A stretch of DNA of 63,101 nucleotides, filler included, from Collodictyon triciliatum (taxonomy: Eukaryota), in assembly GCA_043381765.1 (NCBI GenBank). It is 5 parts of 5 records of this genome, joined end to end, with 100 filler letters (N's around TTAATTAATTAA, not from the genome) between each part and the next. Parts side by side here need not be neighbours in the genome. Positions count along the whole stretch, not along the records: positions 1 to 15,994 come from JBHJMP010001604.1; 4 more parts are not named here. One strand, given 5' to 3'. Positions 1 through 13,900 of this stretch are shown here, one piece after another. Under the pieces are notes generated by a model. It made no database searches and was not told where the DNA came from. It saw only the letters and a list, made by a program, of their open reading frames with translations. Position 1 is the first letter of the stretch. The number at the start of each line of letters is the position of its first letter. A program made the position numbers and the translations under genes.

Positions 1-3000
1 TTTTCATTTATTCTTTCTGAGTGTTCCTCTCAGCCTCGAGACAATTGCACTCCTCGTCATGATTCCTCGTGAGGCTCGTTGGGATGAATGGTGCCAGCTT
101 AGCAACGCTGCTTCATGATGCTTGTTCATGCGATGGATTTCTTTCTCAGGCGAGTTAAATACACAACCCATTCCCAATCGACGCGGAAGCGAACATCCGC
201 TTTATTGCTGGTTGGGAATTGCGCCCTCAGTGGTGCGCGTGGGAATTGTTCTGGCAGCTGGGAATTCATTCACAGAATATGAGGTGGTACATAATATATA
301 GTATCTTTACATTATCCAAGTTGCATATATAATATTATTATGCAAAGTAAAATGATATCACAATAAGATATTTTAAAGCTACGTAGTATTTTAAATATAT
401 TTATATTAATAAGTTCCAAATATGTATAAAACATATGGTATGAGTAAGCGCGGTTCGGGTTTTTGGTTGCTGGCTTTTGATTGTGGGCGCTTTTACTTTG
501 GGCGCAGCCATTTTCTTGCTGGAATATAAGGTGAAATGTCCGCATCAGAGTACATAATCGCTGTAATATCGTGTGTTTAATCTCAGGACCACCTATTCTT
601 TCGCTGGCGCTGGCAGAGGGCTTCAATTCAATATTTGATATGGAAGTTATAGGGGTGCTAATTAGTTCATTCCAATTAAGAAGCAATGTAATACTTTTTT
701 CATGCTGTTGGTGGCTCTGTAAATGGATTTATTTCGATAAGATACCGTCGGGTGTCAGAGCAGATAAAAAAAATTGTCATCAGTGGCATCAGCAGGCAGA
801 AGTGTAACTCTGGAACATGGTGCCAGAATAGCCGACTCTGTGATTAAAATTGATTGAATTTTTTCAACCTCGAGTGCACTTTATCGAAAACTGGATGTCC
901 TTGCTCCAAAGAATTAGTTGGTCATCTCCATCAAAGATCCAATCGAGTAAAATACCATGTCCTCTAACTACTTTCACATCATCTCATTTTAATATTGACC
1001 CTAACATTCAATCATATTATCCGCAGAGTTATGAGTTATTTGGGACAGCCTACATATACATCTATATAATGAAATTAAAAGAATGGTCTCTAGCAATCTT
1101 AGCGCGCTCTTTGGAGTTACTACAACATCGCAACGGGACCCGGTTGGTGATGAAACTTTGGTAGCTTGTTTACCAAAACCAGAAATTCTTATGGGATGTG
1201 CAGGAGGTGACCCTGTATTTGTCCTAAGATACCTTTGGGCTCTGAAGGCGTGCCGATTCCACTAATAACTCATTCCCAAAAATCTTATTTTTCCATTTCC
1301 ACAAAGGAATCACAAGTTTGTCATTGAGGGTTTTTGGAATCAATCTTGAAGAATCTTGCCTTTCTCATGGCTAGCCATAGGCTGGATGATTGGGAATCGG
1401 ACACTACAACAACATACACATAATGGCTCGAACAGAAGCACGAAGGATTGTTCACCAAAGTACTCAAACACATGATGAAGGAAATATGCAAACAAAAACA
1501 GAAACACAGAAACAAAAAACCCCATTTTGAAAGAAAACCTAGTTTTCACAAAATTACTTTATGTGTAAGAGTTTGGGTCGGTACACAGAATATGGGTGTG
1601 ATGTTTTACATTCCCTCTATTTTTCCATTCTCTAATCTCTTTTCCTTTTTTCTGATTTCATTCATATTGTTTTCCAAGAGAAATTAAACCCCGATGCGAA
1701 GCATGGTACCAATTATAGATGTCGTCTTAAAGGAAACGAATTAATATTTCTATCACACTAAGATGTATATTTGTGCTTGGACGATTTTTTATTAGTATGG
1801 TATTAATACCACAATTAGTTAAATATAAAGAAGTTTATTATTGGAGAAGACAAATATTGATTTTGATTGTTTTTTTCATAAATGCCCTGTTTTTGTGGAA
1901 ATCCCAAATCCAAGCTCTCTCAAAAGTTCTTCGCAGGGCAAATTTGCAACAAAATTTTATTAACGAGTACATTTTATCCTTTCTCAATCACTCGCCAGTG
2001 AGGTTCTTAAACGTTTTAGTATATCAGTGAAGGCTGTCCGAATAAACACAAAATAATTTCCTAATCGCGCTTGTTGAAAGGTGAAATTGAACCGAGGAGT
2101 AACTTCGAGCAAGTTTAGCACAAATTGATATGATTTTCAGAGTGCCCGAAATGTGGCTGGTGTGTTTATTGCTTGGCTGACTTCAGTTAAGAAATGTAGC
2201 ATAAATTATGAATCTTCCGCCCATAAAATCCCAGAACGATGGGCATCACAGACACCATCTCCTGGTAATCAAGCAAGTCTCGAAGAATTGCGAATACTCT
2301 GTAATATCCTATCAATATACATTTCATAAACCATCTGTAAATAGATTCACACATATAATCACAAAAAACCGGGCCTTGTATTGGCATCACATTTATATAT
2401 CGCCATGAGATTATTTAAATTGCAAAGGTGGTAGAAGAAAAAAAAGGAGAAGCTGCAAAATTAAAACTGGAGATGCGACCCCTCTCGCTCTGGAGAGGGT
2501 TCGCACCGGAAAGGAACATTTTTGTTTATCTGCTCGCATTATGCTCTTGCTCGTCATCGGTTTGCGCGTCAGAAAAACAAACCTAGGAAACAGTGCATTA
2601 AAGGAAGTTAGCAATGAAAAAAAAATTAGAGGAAATTAAAGGAACTCCAAGGCGAGCATACATACAGAACATTTTTGTGATTTGTGTCGCTGTGGTCAGG
2701 GACACTGGCTAACAGAGTTACACGCCCAAAAGTGGGTGGACAAGTTATCATGCGACTTGTTCTTGCAAAACATATAGACTTAGCCATAATGCAATTGAAC
2801 TCATAAATGTAATCTACTATGGAATTAATTTGTACAAACTAGGAGTTTTATAATTTCTTGTGTAATATCCAGATATGAACACAAAAGAAAGTTCGAGATA
2901 GACCACATTGAGAATTCATACCATCTCTGGCAATTATATACTTCAATAAAGCAGAAATCAAAACCGAAAACAACAACCAAAAACTAGTAAAGCAACTGAA

Positions 3001-3145
3001 GCAAAGCAACAAGCAGCACTGTGGCCTTTTCTGCACCGCTTCCTAACATAACTGAGTGCCTGCTGTTATTGTCGAGGAGGCTTTTTTTTTTCGCACAGCA
3101 TCTCTAAAATGAAGTATCCACAAGGAAGACAGCAACACAAGAGAA

Positions 3146-6100
3146 ATGGAGGAAGAAGAACACGAGGCTAAAGTTCCAAAGCAGCCACCGATGCGAGGGA
3201 GTGCCACCCTGGCTAAGATTTCTGGAGACACTCCAGGCAAATTGCAGGACGTAAGCTTTTATTATTTCTCTTTCTCTTACTCTTTCTCTTTCTCTTTCTC
3301 TTTCTCTTTCTCTTTCTCTTTCTCTTTCTCTTTCTCTTTCTCTTTCTCTTTCTCTTTCTCTTTCTCTTTCTCTTTCTCTTACTCTTTCTCTTTCTCTTTC
3401 TCTTTCTCTTTCTCTTTTCCCTTTTCCCTTTTCCCTTTTCCCTTTTCCCTTTTCCCTTTTCCCTTTTCCCTTTTCCCTTTTCCCTTTTCCTATCTCAACG
3501 CCTATCACTGAGTTCTGCAAATACAAGTTAATATTGTCTGGTCACTTGTTATACTTCTGATATATTGCGCTTTCCTTCCCCTCCGCAGATGACGAGTCTC
3601 AACTTAGCCAATAAAGGAATATCAGAGTTGGACGATCTTGCCATATGCTTGTCTCTCCGCCGCTTGGACCTGCGCCGGAACTACCTAACCTCACTCTCAG
3701 TGCGTTTCCATGTCTATATAATCACCTATACGCTTGTTCTCTTGAGTATATTGCGATTTGTGGATAAGTGTTTGTCAAGATAATTTAATTTCTGGAGAAA
3801 AAAAAAAAGGAAAAGGCTGTTTGTCAAATATCATTTGGTTCCTCTCTTGGTGGGCTCTCGTCCCCAGAGTCGCTTATGTTATGACACAAGGGGCTAATTA
3901 TTTATAATATACCTGATAGGCATTGAAGTCATTGACGCTGTCTTGGCTACATCTGGCCGATAACGAAATCGAGACCATCCAGCCGATATTGCATATGTTT
4001 CAGTTGAATGGTAAATATCTCGCGCAAAAGAGTCTGTCTGAGAGCATGATGTGGAACATTTCCACAGATATCAATATCCGCAATAAGGAAAACTTTACCC
4101 ATACTTCTTTTGTCATTACCAAGTATAGATGGCTTCATTCAGCCTTTGAGTTTTTTTTTTTTTCCTTTTCTGAACCGAATACTCTTATATAATAATGTTG
4201 ACTCAAATTACCAATATTTTTTCTAGTGTTGAATATCAGCAATAATAAAATCGTGCTGTTGGAGGGGCTGGACAAACTGGACTCCCTGAAAGCCCTTATC
4301 GTAAGCAATAACCGGCTGCGAAGGTTTGAAAATATCGGGAGGTTGAATTCTCTAAATGCTTTAGGTAACTTTATTGGGCTTTGATGCAACCACGTCTATG
4401 TTTCACAAAGTCGCAACAGTCCATTTTATTTCCCTCCTAGCTCCGTCTACTAATCAGGACGACTTCAACTGTATAGTTTTATCGTATAACGAGATCGAAA
4501 CTGCGCGAGGTCTTGTTGGCCTTCCAGCATTAGCTAAACTCTCCCTGTCCCACAATGCTCTTCGTGTAATCCCAGACCTTAAAAATAACACAGAGTTGAA
4601 GGAACTTCGCTTAAATGACAACAGAATCGTCGATATACCAGTAAAAGCTTTCTTCAATTTCTATTTTTCTTTCCATTTTGTTCGTATCATTAGCACATTT
4701 TAAAACGGCATCCATATTCATTAACATTCTTATAATTTAGCCAAGTTTGTACATAAATAAACTATTGAAGTTCATCGACCTGGGAAATAACATTATTAGC
4801 AACATGACGTAAGTTCGTTTATATCATTTGCGGATTGAGAGGGAAAAGTGTGCATACAGGGGAGGAAAATATACTTTAGGGCATTTACACACTTTTTCCG
4901 AGCTTTTAACCTTCATTGCATTGCAGGTCTTTGGAGGTACTGAAAACACTCCCTAACTTGACGTTCTTGAATCTGAAAGGAAACCCTATTTCCAAGACAG
5001 AAAACTACAGGGAAAAGGTATTATATTAGAAAGACAATGTGGTAAAAAAAAAAAAAGAAGGAAGAACGATTTCAAAAGAGAATGCGAAGGACGAATGGCA
5101 AAACTGAGACCAATTTTCGCCAATGCAGGTCCTGGAAATGCTTCCTGGTCTTTTTTTCCTCGATGGACAGCCTACGCCCCGTAACACAAAAGTAATCAAA
5201 AAGCAAGAGCACAAAAAACTAGTGAAGCTTCGTGAGGAGGGAAGAAGCAGAAGGAAAATGAGGAAAGAATCCTCTCAAGAGACCACCGACAAGGACACAG
5301 CCCCAAGAAAGAGTCTGACAAAAGAGGCTTCCATGAACGAAAACCCCCGTGACTCAAGAACGGCATCGATAGCATCGCCTCTGAAAAGCTCAACAAGAAG
5401 TGTCCTCGAAGATTTCAAATCTGCGCCATTGCCAAAACCTGAGGCTGAATCGCAAAAAGCGACGACAGCTGTGTCCGAAACAGAAGCAAAGACTCAGGCA
5501 GAGACACCAGCTCCAAAGAAAGCAGCTGTCAAAAACAGCTTTGATATCGCTGCTGATAAGCTGTACAAGGAGAAGAAGCCTGCTAGTTTGGGCGAAAAAA
5601 AAGGCGATACAGACGCCAGTGATCTAAAAAGCAAGAAAAAGTATCCAAATTCATCAAATAAGACCACTCAGTTCAATTGGTTTTTTTTTTTTAAAAAAAA
5701 AAAGTAGTACATCTCGCATCATCGAGAATAATGATTTATTTCCTAATTAATATCTCTCTCGCTCAATTTAAGTCTTGGGATGGATATCTGTGTTTTGGTT
5801 CCACGATATGCTAATTTATATTTGTGCACTCAGGAAGCCTAAAGAGAAGGAGCAAAAGAGGAAAGCAGAAGGTAATAATTTTTCACGACCTGAATCATGA
5901 ACTTCAATGGGTGTTTTGCTGCCTTATATTTTCAGAATACAACTTACCAACTGAGTGAGGTTTCAAAATGTCTAATACTTCAATAACCTCAACGCCAGAT
6001 GTAATCATGGCGCTCGATGGAAAGACTGATGACTCTGGTGTTTTGATGATTAAGGAAAACAAAAAGTAAGTGTTTTTTTTTTTTGAACTCAGCAGCGGCC

Positions 6101-6601
6101 ATATCTGCACTTTTTTCCTCTGGGATTCAGACAAGACGGATATGCCATACTATGCATATCTATAAGAGTTCAGCATCGTGTCTGTATATCATGTCAATGT
6201 GCAGAAATAAGCACCAAAACGTACTCCCTCACCAACCCCCTCACACGAACCAATGTCGCCAACGCATCTTGCATACACCCAACGTTTATGTCAATGATTG
6301 CTTCTTATTTCACAGGAAACACAAAGGCATGCCTATCTCCATCGAAGGTATTTATCACAACTCTCTTTGTCTCTCTTCCTCTCTCCCTCCACCACAACAA
6401 CCAAATAATTTTCGCTGCGCTGGTATATACAGAATCTTTGATGAATGCCGAAAAAACATCTGTATCTAGAGTTTTCTATATCTTTCACATGAAACTACGT
6501 CTTCCTTTCGTTAACATTTGTATGCACTTGCAGAATGGGTCAGTGCACAAGGCTCGAGTCAAATTGGTGGCAGCGGTAATGTGGGAGGCTGGGATGACTA
6601 A
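3146..6601 (+). CDS. SDS22-like leucine-rich repeat protein with LRRcap and a Lys-rich low-complexity tail (multi-exon)
   Basis: GT-AG exons splice in frame: MTSLNLANKGISELDDLAICLSLRRLDLRRNYL, LNISNNKIVLLEGLDKLDSLKALIVSNNRL, LNLKGNPISKTENYREKVLEMLPGLFFLDG; ends IGGSGNVGGWDD-TAA at 6599-6601. Confidence 0.85.
3266..3490. repeat. Intronic microsatellite (TCTCTT)n followed by (TTTTCCC)n
   Basis: Tandem repeats seen directly inside intron 1 of the LRR gene. Confidence 0.95.
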
Positions 6602-6722
6602 GCCCATCATCTCTGCAATAAGCACGTCACAAAATATAAATACTCTCAATGTTCCATTCCCTTTCGCTCTCGCTGTCTCCTGAAAATATACAAATGAAAG
6701 TACGATAACAAATCTACATACG

Positions 6723-6724
<2 letters not shown>

Positions 6725-6809
<85 letters not shown>
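6725..6809. repeat. (CA)n microsatellite
   Basis: Seen directly. Confidence 0.98.
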
Positions 6810-6811
<2 letters not shown>

Positions 6812-7182
6812 CTCCAAGCTTATCATCGCTGAATTATTATTATTATTAAAAAAAAAAAAAAAAAAAGTGGATTAAAACGGGGAAGTCCTCCCGACTGTTC
6901 TTCCGCACCCGAGAAAGTTGCGATTTTCTGTCTTGTTTTATGTGTATTTTTCTTGCATCTATCTCGGTCCACTTGGCGTGTTAAAGTGTAGATGGTACGT
7001 GTAACTTGGATATTAAATCAGCCGCACCCCGCAGACTCTCGCTTTGTGGTTGGTGGCGGCATCTGCGTCGTTGTCATAAGCGCATGGTGAACTGCGGCAC
7101 GAGAAGGAAAAGAAGCAGAAGAGAGAAAAGACAACAAACAGAGTGGAAGGGATGTAAAGTGGAGGCGGTGAGGTGTGGCTCG

Positions 7183-9625
7183 TCAGACGCCGGATATGAC
7201 TTTCCAGCTCTGCAGGTCGGAGCGCATTTCATCGCTGAAGAAGATGACAGGTTCCTCGAGGGCGTCGTCGGGTTTTGTGTAGAAGGAGCCCAGGCGCTTT
7301 TAAAGGAGTCGTGGTGAGGCGATTGTGGAGCATGTTTCCTTTCCTTTCTTTTCTTTTCTTTTAACTTTTATACTTTATCCTTGAATGAAAGTACCTGCTC
7401 GCCTGTTGAGCTGATGAGCGCCTGTTCGATATCGCTTGTGACCAGGCCGGCAGGAAACTTGGTTGACCGGAAAATGTTTGCGATTGGAATATTTGTCTTG
7501 TACCCTGTATACAAAGAAGAGAAAGAAGAGAAAGAAGAGAAAGAAGAGAAAAAAGAGAAAAAAAGAGAAAAAAAAGAGAAAAAAAGAGAAAAGAGAGAAA
7601 AAAGAGAAAGGAGAGAAAAAAGAGAAAAAAGAGAAAGGAGAGAAGAAAAAAATGAAAAGAATGTTTGGACAGTATTGAGATATACATACACAAATTCTGC
7701 AAATACTAAAAGGAAGATACTATGTATTTTTAGATAATTTTCTCGCAATTGAGATAAAAATGTGAGTAAAGTGGGAACCTTTTAGGCAAAATAACATGGC
7801 CTCTCTTGGATCTGATGAAATCACGTTCTCGGCTGCGACATTCGAATCACCTTTGAGTTGTTTGAGAATCAGAAAGAGTGTAAGTTGCGTGAAGATCGCT
7901 GAGACAATACTGTGTTATGATTACCGGCGGGAAGTATCCCTAAAGTCCATTTCTTAAAGCACATGTCGTTGTCGAATCGACGAACCATGCTCTGAACAAC
8001 TTCACACAATAAATGGTCGCCCCCAACTGATAAACAAACAAGCAGAAAAAAAAAGTCCAGTAAGGGTCAACCATTCAATAAAAAAAAAAAAAAATACTAG
8101 CAGGAGTATGAATAGAAAAGCTGCGAAGTACACTTGGGTATACATGATAAACACCAGTATATGTAGTTCCAGCAAAGCATATATATTTTCCTTTATTCTT
8201 TCTTTCAAACAATGCAAAGGTAGTTTTTGTTTGATACATGGTGTGGCCATTGCAGAGCGCATACGCACACATTCGCTACTGATAGATAATGCTTACCTAT
8301 GAGTATGCCATCACAATTCATTTCCAACGAATTCACCACCAGCAATCCATCACCGGGAGAATGAACTCCTAAATATATATATATATATATATTGTCAAAA
8401 ATCATTAGTTGAAGATATATATTGAATTTGTTGATTGAATGGTTTCAAAAACCGAAAGAAAATATGTTGCGTTCATACAAAGGGGATTTTCTACTGTTAT
8501 TGGCGGCTTAGGCACAAAGAATCCCATATTTCTGAACTCGAATAAAGCACACATGATTGCAAATATAAACATACAAAAGGACTGATAGAGACATACTCAT
8601 AACAGTTGGCTGTATGTAGTCTGTAGTCATAGACAGCATCGGATGCACAATATCTTCATACACAGAATGGCCACCCTTTCTGCCGTGCATCTGTTCCACC
8701 AGAACGATAATATTTCTCCTCGGACTTTGCCCTGTCACAAAGAAGAGGATAGAATGGGAATACATAAGATATATATACTGAATATCACACTGAAAGCACG
8801 CGTTTCAAAGTTGAGAGCAAATGTCTCTACCTGGGAATTTCGGGATGGCCATCGAGTACATGGTGCGAGCCCACATGATACTCGTCTCTTGACTATCAAA
8901 CAACAGATAATATTCCTTGGAAACGCGCTTGGACTTTTTTGGGTTCTTCCGTTTCACAAGAAATAGCATCAGGTTGGCATTGTAGACTGGCCGGTACTGT
9001 ACAGAAAAGACGTCCTCGATAAGCACTTTTTTCTGGGTGATGAGAACGATGAGCAAGAAGAAGGAGAAGAAAAAAAAGAGTTTGATTGTTAGCATGACAC
9101 CAGAATACATCATCACAAGAGTAGGAAAAGCTCGGCAATAAAAACCAACATGGAACAAGTATTTTCAGCATTGTAATGATAAACGCAACATCAAAAACAA
9201 CAACAAAACCAAAACCAAAACCATACATCCTTAAAGCCAACATGGATCAGGATGTATTCTTTGGTCAGCGTCACACGCACATCCTTTTTGTTGTCCAGGC
9301 GAGCGAGCCCTGAAAGCAGAACGACGCCCGCAGACGAAGGGATCGGAGCAGACAGTTTCTGCACGGTCGACCAAAGTCATCAACAAGGCGATCAACGAGA
9401 GCCACGAAGGAGGACGGTTTACATAAACAAAAGAACAAAAGAACAAAAGAACAAAAGAACAAAAGAACAAAAGAACAAAAGAACAAAAGAACAAAAGAAC
9501 AAAAGAACAAAAGAACAAAAGAACAAAAGAACAAACAAAACAAAAGAACAAAAGGTGAATAAGACCAGAACAAATCATGATATACACAACAGCGGGAGGA
9601 GAGACACCTGGGCCGACGGATCCAT
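7183..9625 (-). CDS. Sphingosine/ceramide-kinase-like protein: PH-like N-terminus plus a degenerate, truncated DAGK catalytic domain
   Basis: 9 GT-AG exons: MDPSAQ|KLSAPIP...; RRNIIVLVEQMHGRKGGHSVYEDIVHPML; DGILIVGGDHLLCEVVQSM; LGILPAGDSNVAA; stop TGA at 7183-7185. Confidence 0.75.
7515..7652. repeat. A/G-rich intronic simple repeat (AAAGAAGAG/AAAAAAGAG-like)
   Basis: Seen directly; lies in an intron of the kinase-like gene. Confidence 0.9.
9426..9553. repeat. (AAAAGAAC)n intronic tandem repeat
   Basis: Seen directly in the first intron of the kinase-like gene. Confidence 0.95.
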
Positions 9626-9787
9626 ACGACTAGCGACACACTCCTAAGGCAGACGAACGCTCACACTTTTATCGTGATTTTTAGATTTGTAAACGACTGA
9701 ATATATTACGTCTGAGCTTTTATGGTTGACGGCGCTATATTCATACTGAATGTGTAAGTCAACGTGCGCTTGTCTTATTGGCTTTTG

Positions 9788-10600
9788 CTATGTGGTTTTG
9801 TCGTTTTCATCATAATGGGTGATGTGCTTGTAAGCTGCACGGTTAATCCTCCCGGTCATGGTCTCATAGAGGCCAGAGACAGACTTGCCTTCCGCCGCCA
9901 TTGCTGGCCGCATGAGCTCCTCCACCCCGTTATGGGACGATATAGGATGGTACAGTCCGCCGTTATGGAGTCCATTGCTGGTCTGCGACATAACAACGAT
10001 GCTCGGGGACGGCTTCGCTAGAAACTTACACCACCAACGCCGCGATTCAAGGGACGGAATCCGATGAACACATGGCTGAGTTTGCACTCGATGCTTCTGT
10101 GTAGCGAGCACGCAAGTGTTGATACTTACTTTCTATCCCGTATTTGTGACTGTAGATCGAAAATTTCCTATGGAAGAAAAGTATGTCTTTAATTGTATTA
10201 AAAAATAGGTATCGATTATGGGTACCTGGGATGTTTTCTTACCATATGTGTATTGCGATGATGGCAAGGGGAGGATGGTGAGAACCGGCTCTGTCGGACT
10301 GAAAGCAGCCCTGGTGCGACACAGCTTAAGAACAGTGCGCAAGCCGACAGATGAATGCTTCCACAACTGTGACTCACAACACGTGACGTAGAAGACGCGC
10401 CCTTGTGTAACAGTGTTTCTTTTTCTCTTTTTCCTTCTGTTATGTAGGATTACTTTCAACACACCGTTTTGCTGGCTGGCTTGTGTGTGCCTTGCGATGC
10501 TGTGTTCTGAGTTTCTGGTAATTCCCTCAGTTCGCAAGGACGAGATGTTGACAACTCCTTCGAAATATCAATGATGCAGTGCGAGTCAATAGGCATTACA
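9788..10600 (-). CDS. Possible small uncharacterised spliced gene
   Basis: GC-balanced open segments bounded by plausible AG/GT sites (about 9788-10017, 10243-10310, 10455-10600); no recognisable motif and the frame joins are ambiguous. Confidence 0.25.
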
Positions 10601-10926
10601 TTTCGTTTTTCTTCTGTGTGGGGAGATTTTGGATCCAACCACAGTTTTACAGGAAGTTTCTCGGTGAAAGAATAATAAATTCACTTCGGCAACGGAAAAA
10701 AGCCATAAAGAACAGTTTTCTCATCAGGGGGAGTATAGACTTTCGGTTTTATTAAGGTCTTTTAATTTGAAAAAGGAGTGCGCGGAAGGCTGGCAGAAAG
10801 GTGTAACTTTGTTAATGGAAACCGATTGGAGGGAGATGAATTTGTGATGACTTCATGCAAGAATGGTCGAAGGTGCGGGGAAGTTAGAAAAGACAGCCAC
10901 GTTTTGGGACTTTCGTTCAAATCCCC

Positions 10927-13900
10927 TTACATCAAGTCCGAGCGCTCAACACCCCGTGGCTCGCGGATGAGCGACAGGCGATAGAGTACGTCATCTTCCA
11001 GGTGAGGGAGAACAGATAGATATTGTGCTAGTTGGGCGCTCTTGGGGAATGGGTACACGCCTAATTTGATGTGCGAGAAAAGAAGGACGAGGAATATGTG
11101 TAGGGGAAAGTAAGTTTGCGGTAAAAGCATATACTAAAAAAACCCGACATATTGTAATATTTTTTTTTAAAAAAGAGGGAGCATGAAAGAGATATGAAGT
11201 GAAAATGAACGGCTACCATATTGATACCGTCTGACCTCATCGATAACCTTGTATACTAATAAAAAGAGAAGGTAAATCACATATTAAACCCTTCTAAGTA
11301 GAGCTTTTACAACGTTGGATAAAAACAGTTCGAAAATAAAGCACAGAACCGATTAGTCAAATCGCAGGAGTGCATAGATTGAGAAGCAAACCAAGTTTTA
11401 GTTTGTCAAAGTTTATCTGTCCGTCTATGATGGTGGGATTTCCATCCTCGATATGTGTGAGGTCAGTCAAGTATATACCTGCAGATATATAAAATGATAG
11501 ATAAGGACAAAAAGATATAACGTGGGAATATGTGCCCATCAAATGCGTTATTTTTATGTCTTATGAGGTAGTTGTGTTGTGGGCAGATGCTTTTTTTTTC
11601 CTTTCGTAGTCTCAGCGGTCATGACTTAACATGGCTGAATAGAAATTTTTTTTATTTCTTGGTAAACTAACCGCTATCCAGTAAACGCCGTGAAGGTAGA
11701 GAGGAGTAGATTTTGTGGGGACAAAAGGAAATGAAATTTTAGCCTAATAAACTAATGTACGATAGAATACATAGCCGCTATACATAGACACCAATACTGC
11801 ACACAGTAAAGCCGCTGAAATAATACATGTAGGGCATGCAGGGAGGTCGGCATTGGTGCAGTGCTTCTCGATACTTTTTGAAGGAGCTTTCTGAACTCAT
11901 TAGCTCCTCAAGGGCAGCGAAGGCCTATCGTTTTCAAAGATATTGTAAATAATGTACTTTAGGAGACATGTTTGCCGCATGGTGTACATCACGAAATAGT
12001 GGCACAAAATAAAAAATGATTATGGTATTACTTCAAGACTTCGTTTCGGTACTTCATCTTTGGTATGCTTCAAGCGATGTACGGCAGATTTATTCAACCC
12101 AGATATCACAGCCATGAGGAGATGGTAATTATTGAGCTCTTTGAATTGCTGTAAATGGAAAGAAAAAAAAGGGGAAGAAGGCAACAAATGTTTTGTTCTG
12201 CTTAGAAATAGCCAAACACTGAATTCACTTGGAAAGCTAAATATACAAATCTATTGAAATAGACCTCTCCCAATGAAATCATTCGAGCCCATGTAAGAGC
12301 ACGGGAAGCCAAATCATCATGCCACAGTATACAGCTAGCAACCCAATTGGAAAGAGAGTTGAAGCGCTGGATGTAGTATAATAGATTTGATGCCCTGTGC
12401 TTGAACTTTGCGACATTCCAAGCTTGATTTAGGAATTCTACGGGCTGGGTTCAAAAAATAATAATAATAGAGGGGTGAGAAAAAATATTTCCCGTCTATT
12501 TAAGCATAAAGCCATGCCATATATCAACGTTTGAATATACGCACCTATGGCACTAAATTGAAAATAGGGTTATGGAAAGAGGAGAGACAGAGAAACCATG
12601 AACAAAAATGTATTTAAACCTTGATTGCACTATAGACTTCCATATCTAGTAAACTCATTTGTTTCGCAATTTCTGCTATGGGGAAATCCTGAAGGATTTT
12701 GAGGGGCAAGTATGAACTGTCTATGAACCGCAGGCCATCCTCGCGATTGTAAGGAATACTGGATAACCCTGTGTTCAACTGAAGAGAAAAGAGGAAAATA
12801 GACATAAAAATAAAAAAAAGAGGAGGAAAGGAGGAAAGAGGTTAACTGGTTTTGCTTAAATACTATCTCTATCTATGAGCCGCCTTATGAAATTAGAACA
12901 TTAACAGAAGCCAGAACTGCTCACAAGTGTGTAAAAAATGAATATATAATTTGTGGTGAAAAAATGAGATAGCGATGGCTAAGTTTATGACCTTTTTTTC
13001 TATTGTGGTCTTTAATTTCTGGGCAACGTTGGGGAAATTGTCGTTCACCAATGTCACTTCAGTAAACTCTGTCAGTTGTCTAATTAAGTCGTCGTTGAAG
13101 TCGGAGAAATGTGTTTCTAACCTAGTAAGTAGTCATTGTTATTTATTTTATATACAAAAAAAAAGTACATATTGTCTCATATTTCCATTTTATTCGGGTT
13201 GGTGGGCGTGCTATACCAGTTTTGAATGACTTGGCAGACTCTAAGCTTAATAGAAGATGCAGCTTTTTTGAAGCTCTCTTCATCGGGATATTCCTCCGTT
13301 TGAGGAACAGCGTATCTTTTATTTTCATCATAGCAACCGGAAAATATAAATATAATGCAGTTAGTAACGTGATGAGAGTTTGTAACGTTGAACGAGATAA
13401 TATACACTAATGAATTTATATTTGATCAAAATAAATAATAGGTTTTTGAATTTTTTTGGAAGAATGACCAAATCATTCCTATTTACCTCTCCATCAGTTT
13501 GCCAAAGAATTTTTCAGAAGATGTAAAAGATTGATAAGTCATGATGCATGCTTTCAGGAACATCGGGTCTACATATTGCGATGGACGTTTAGCAGCAGAT
13601 TGATTGACATAATATTGGGAAACGACTCTACGACCTTATCCTTTTTGCTCTTTATTACAATTTATTTTATTTTTTTACATAAAAGTAGATTTCCAGATGC
13701 ATATACCATGGGTTTTGTCAGATGTTAGGATTCGAACAAGGGAGTTCAGATTTCCTCTTGACGATGGCTCCTCGGCAGGTGTGTCCGTCCAAATATTGAC
13801 GTCAGATGTTTCATCAAGTATGAATTTTTCTAATTTGAATAGTATTTTACTTTATTTTAAAAAAGAGGAGATGGGGATAATAAAGGGAAAAAAAAAGAGT

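Noticed and set aside
1-1440. Protein-like open stretches on the minus strand (possible spliced gene, degenerate transposon or stop-codon reassignment)
   Set aside because: No consistent frame or recognisable motif; genes elsewhere end at TAA, TAG and TGA normally, so there is no support for an alternative code
5641-5833. Intron starting GTATCC as a second U12-type intron
   Set aside because: Continues AAAT rather than TT and lacks a CCTTAAC-like branch point near the 3' end
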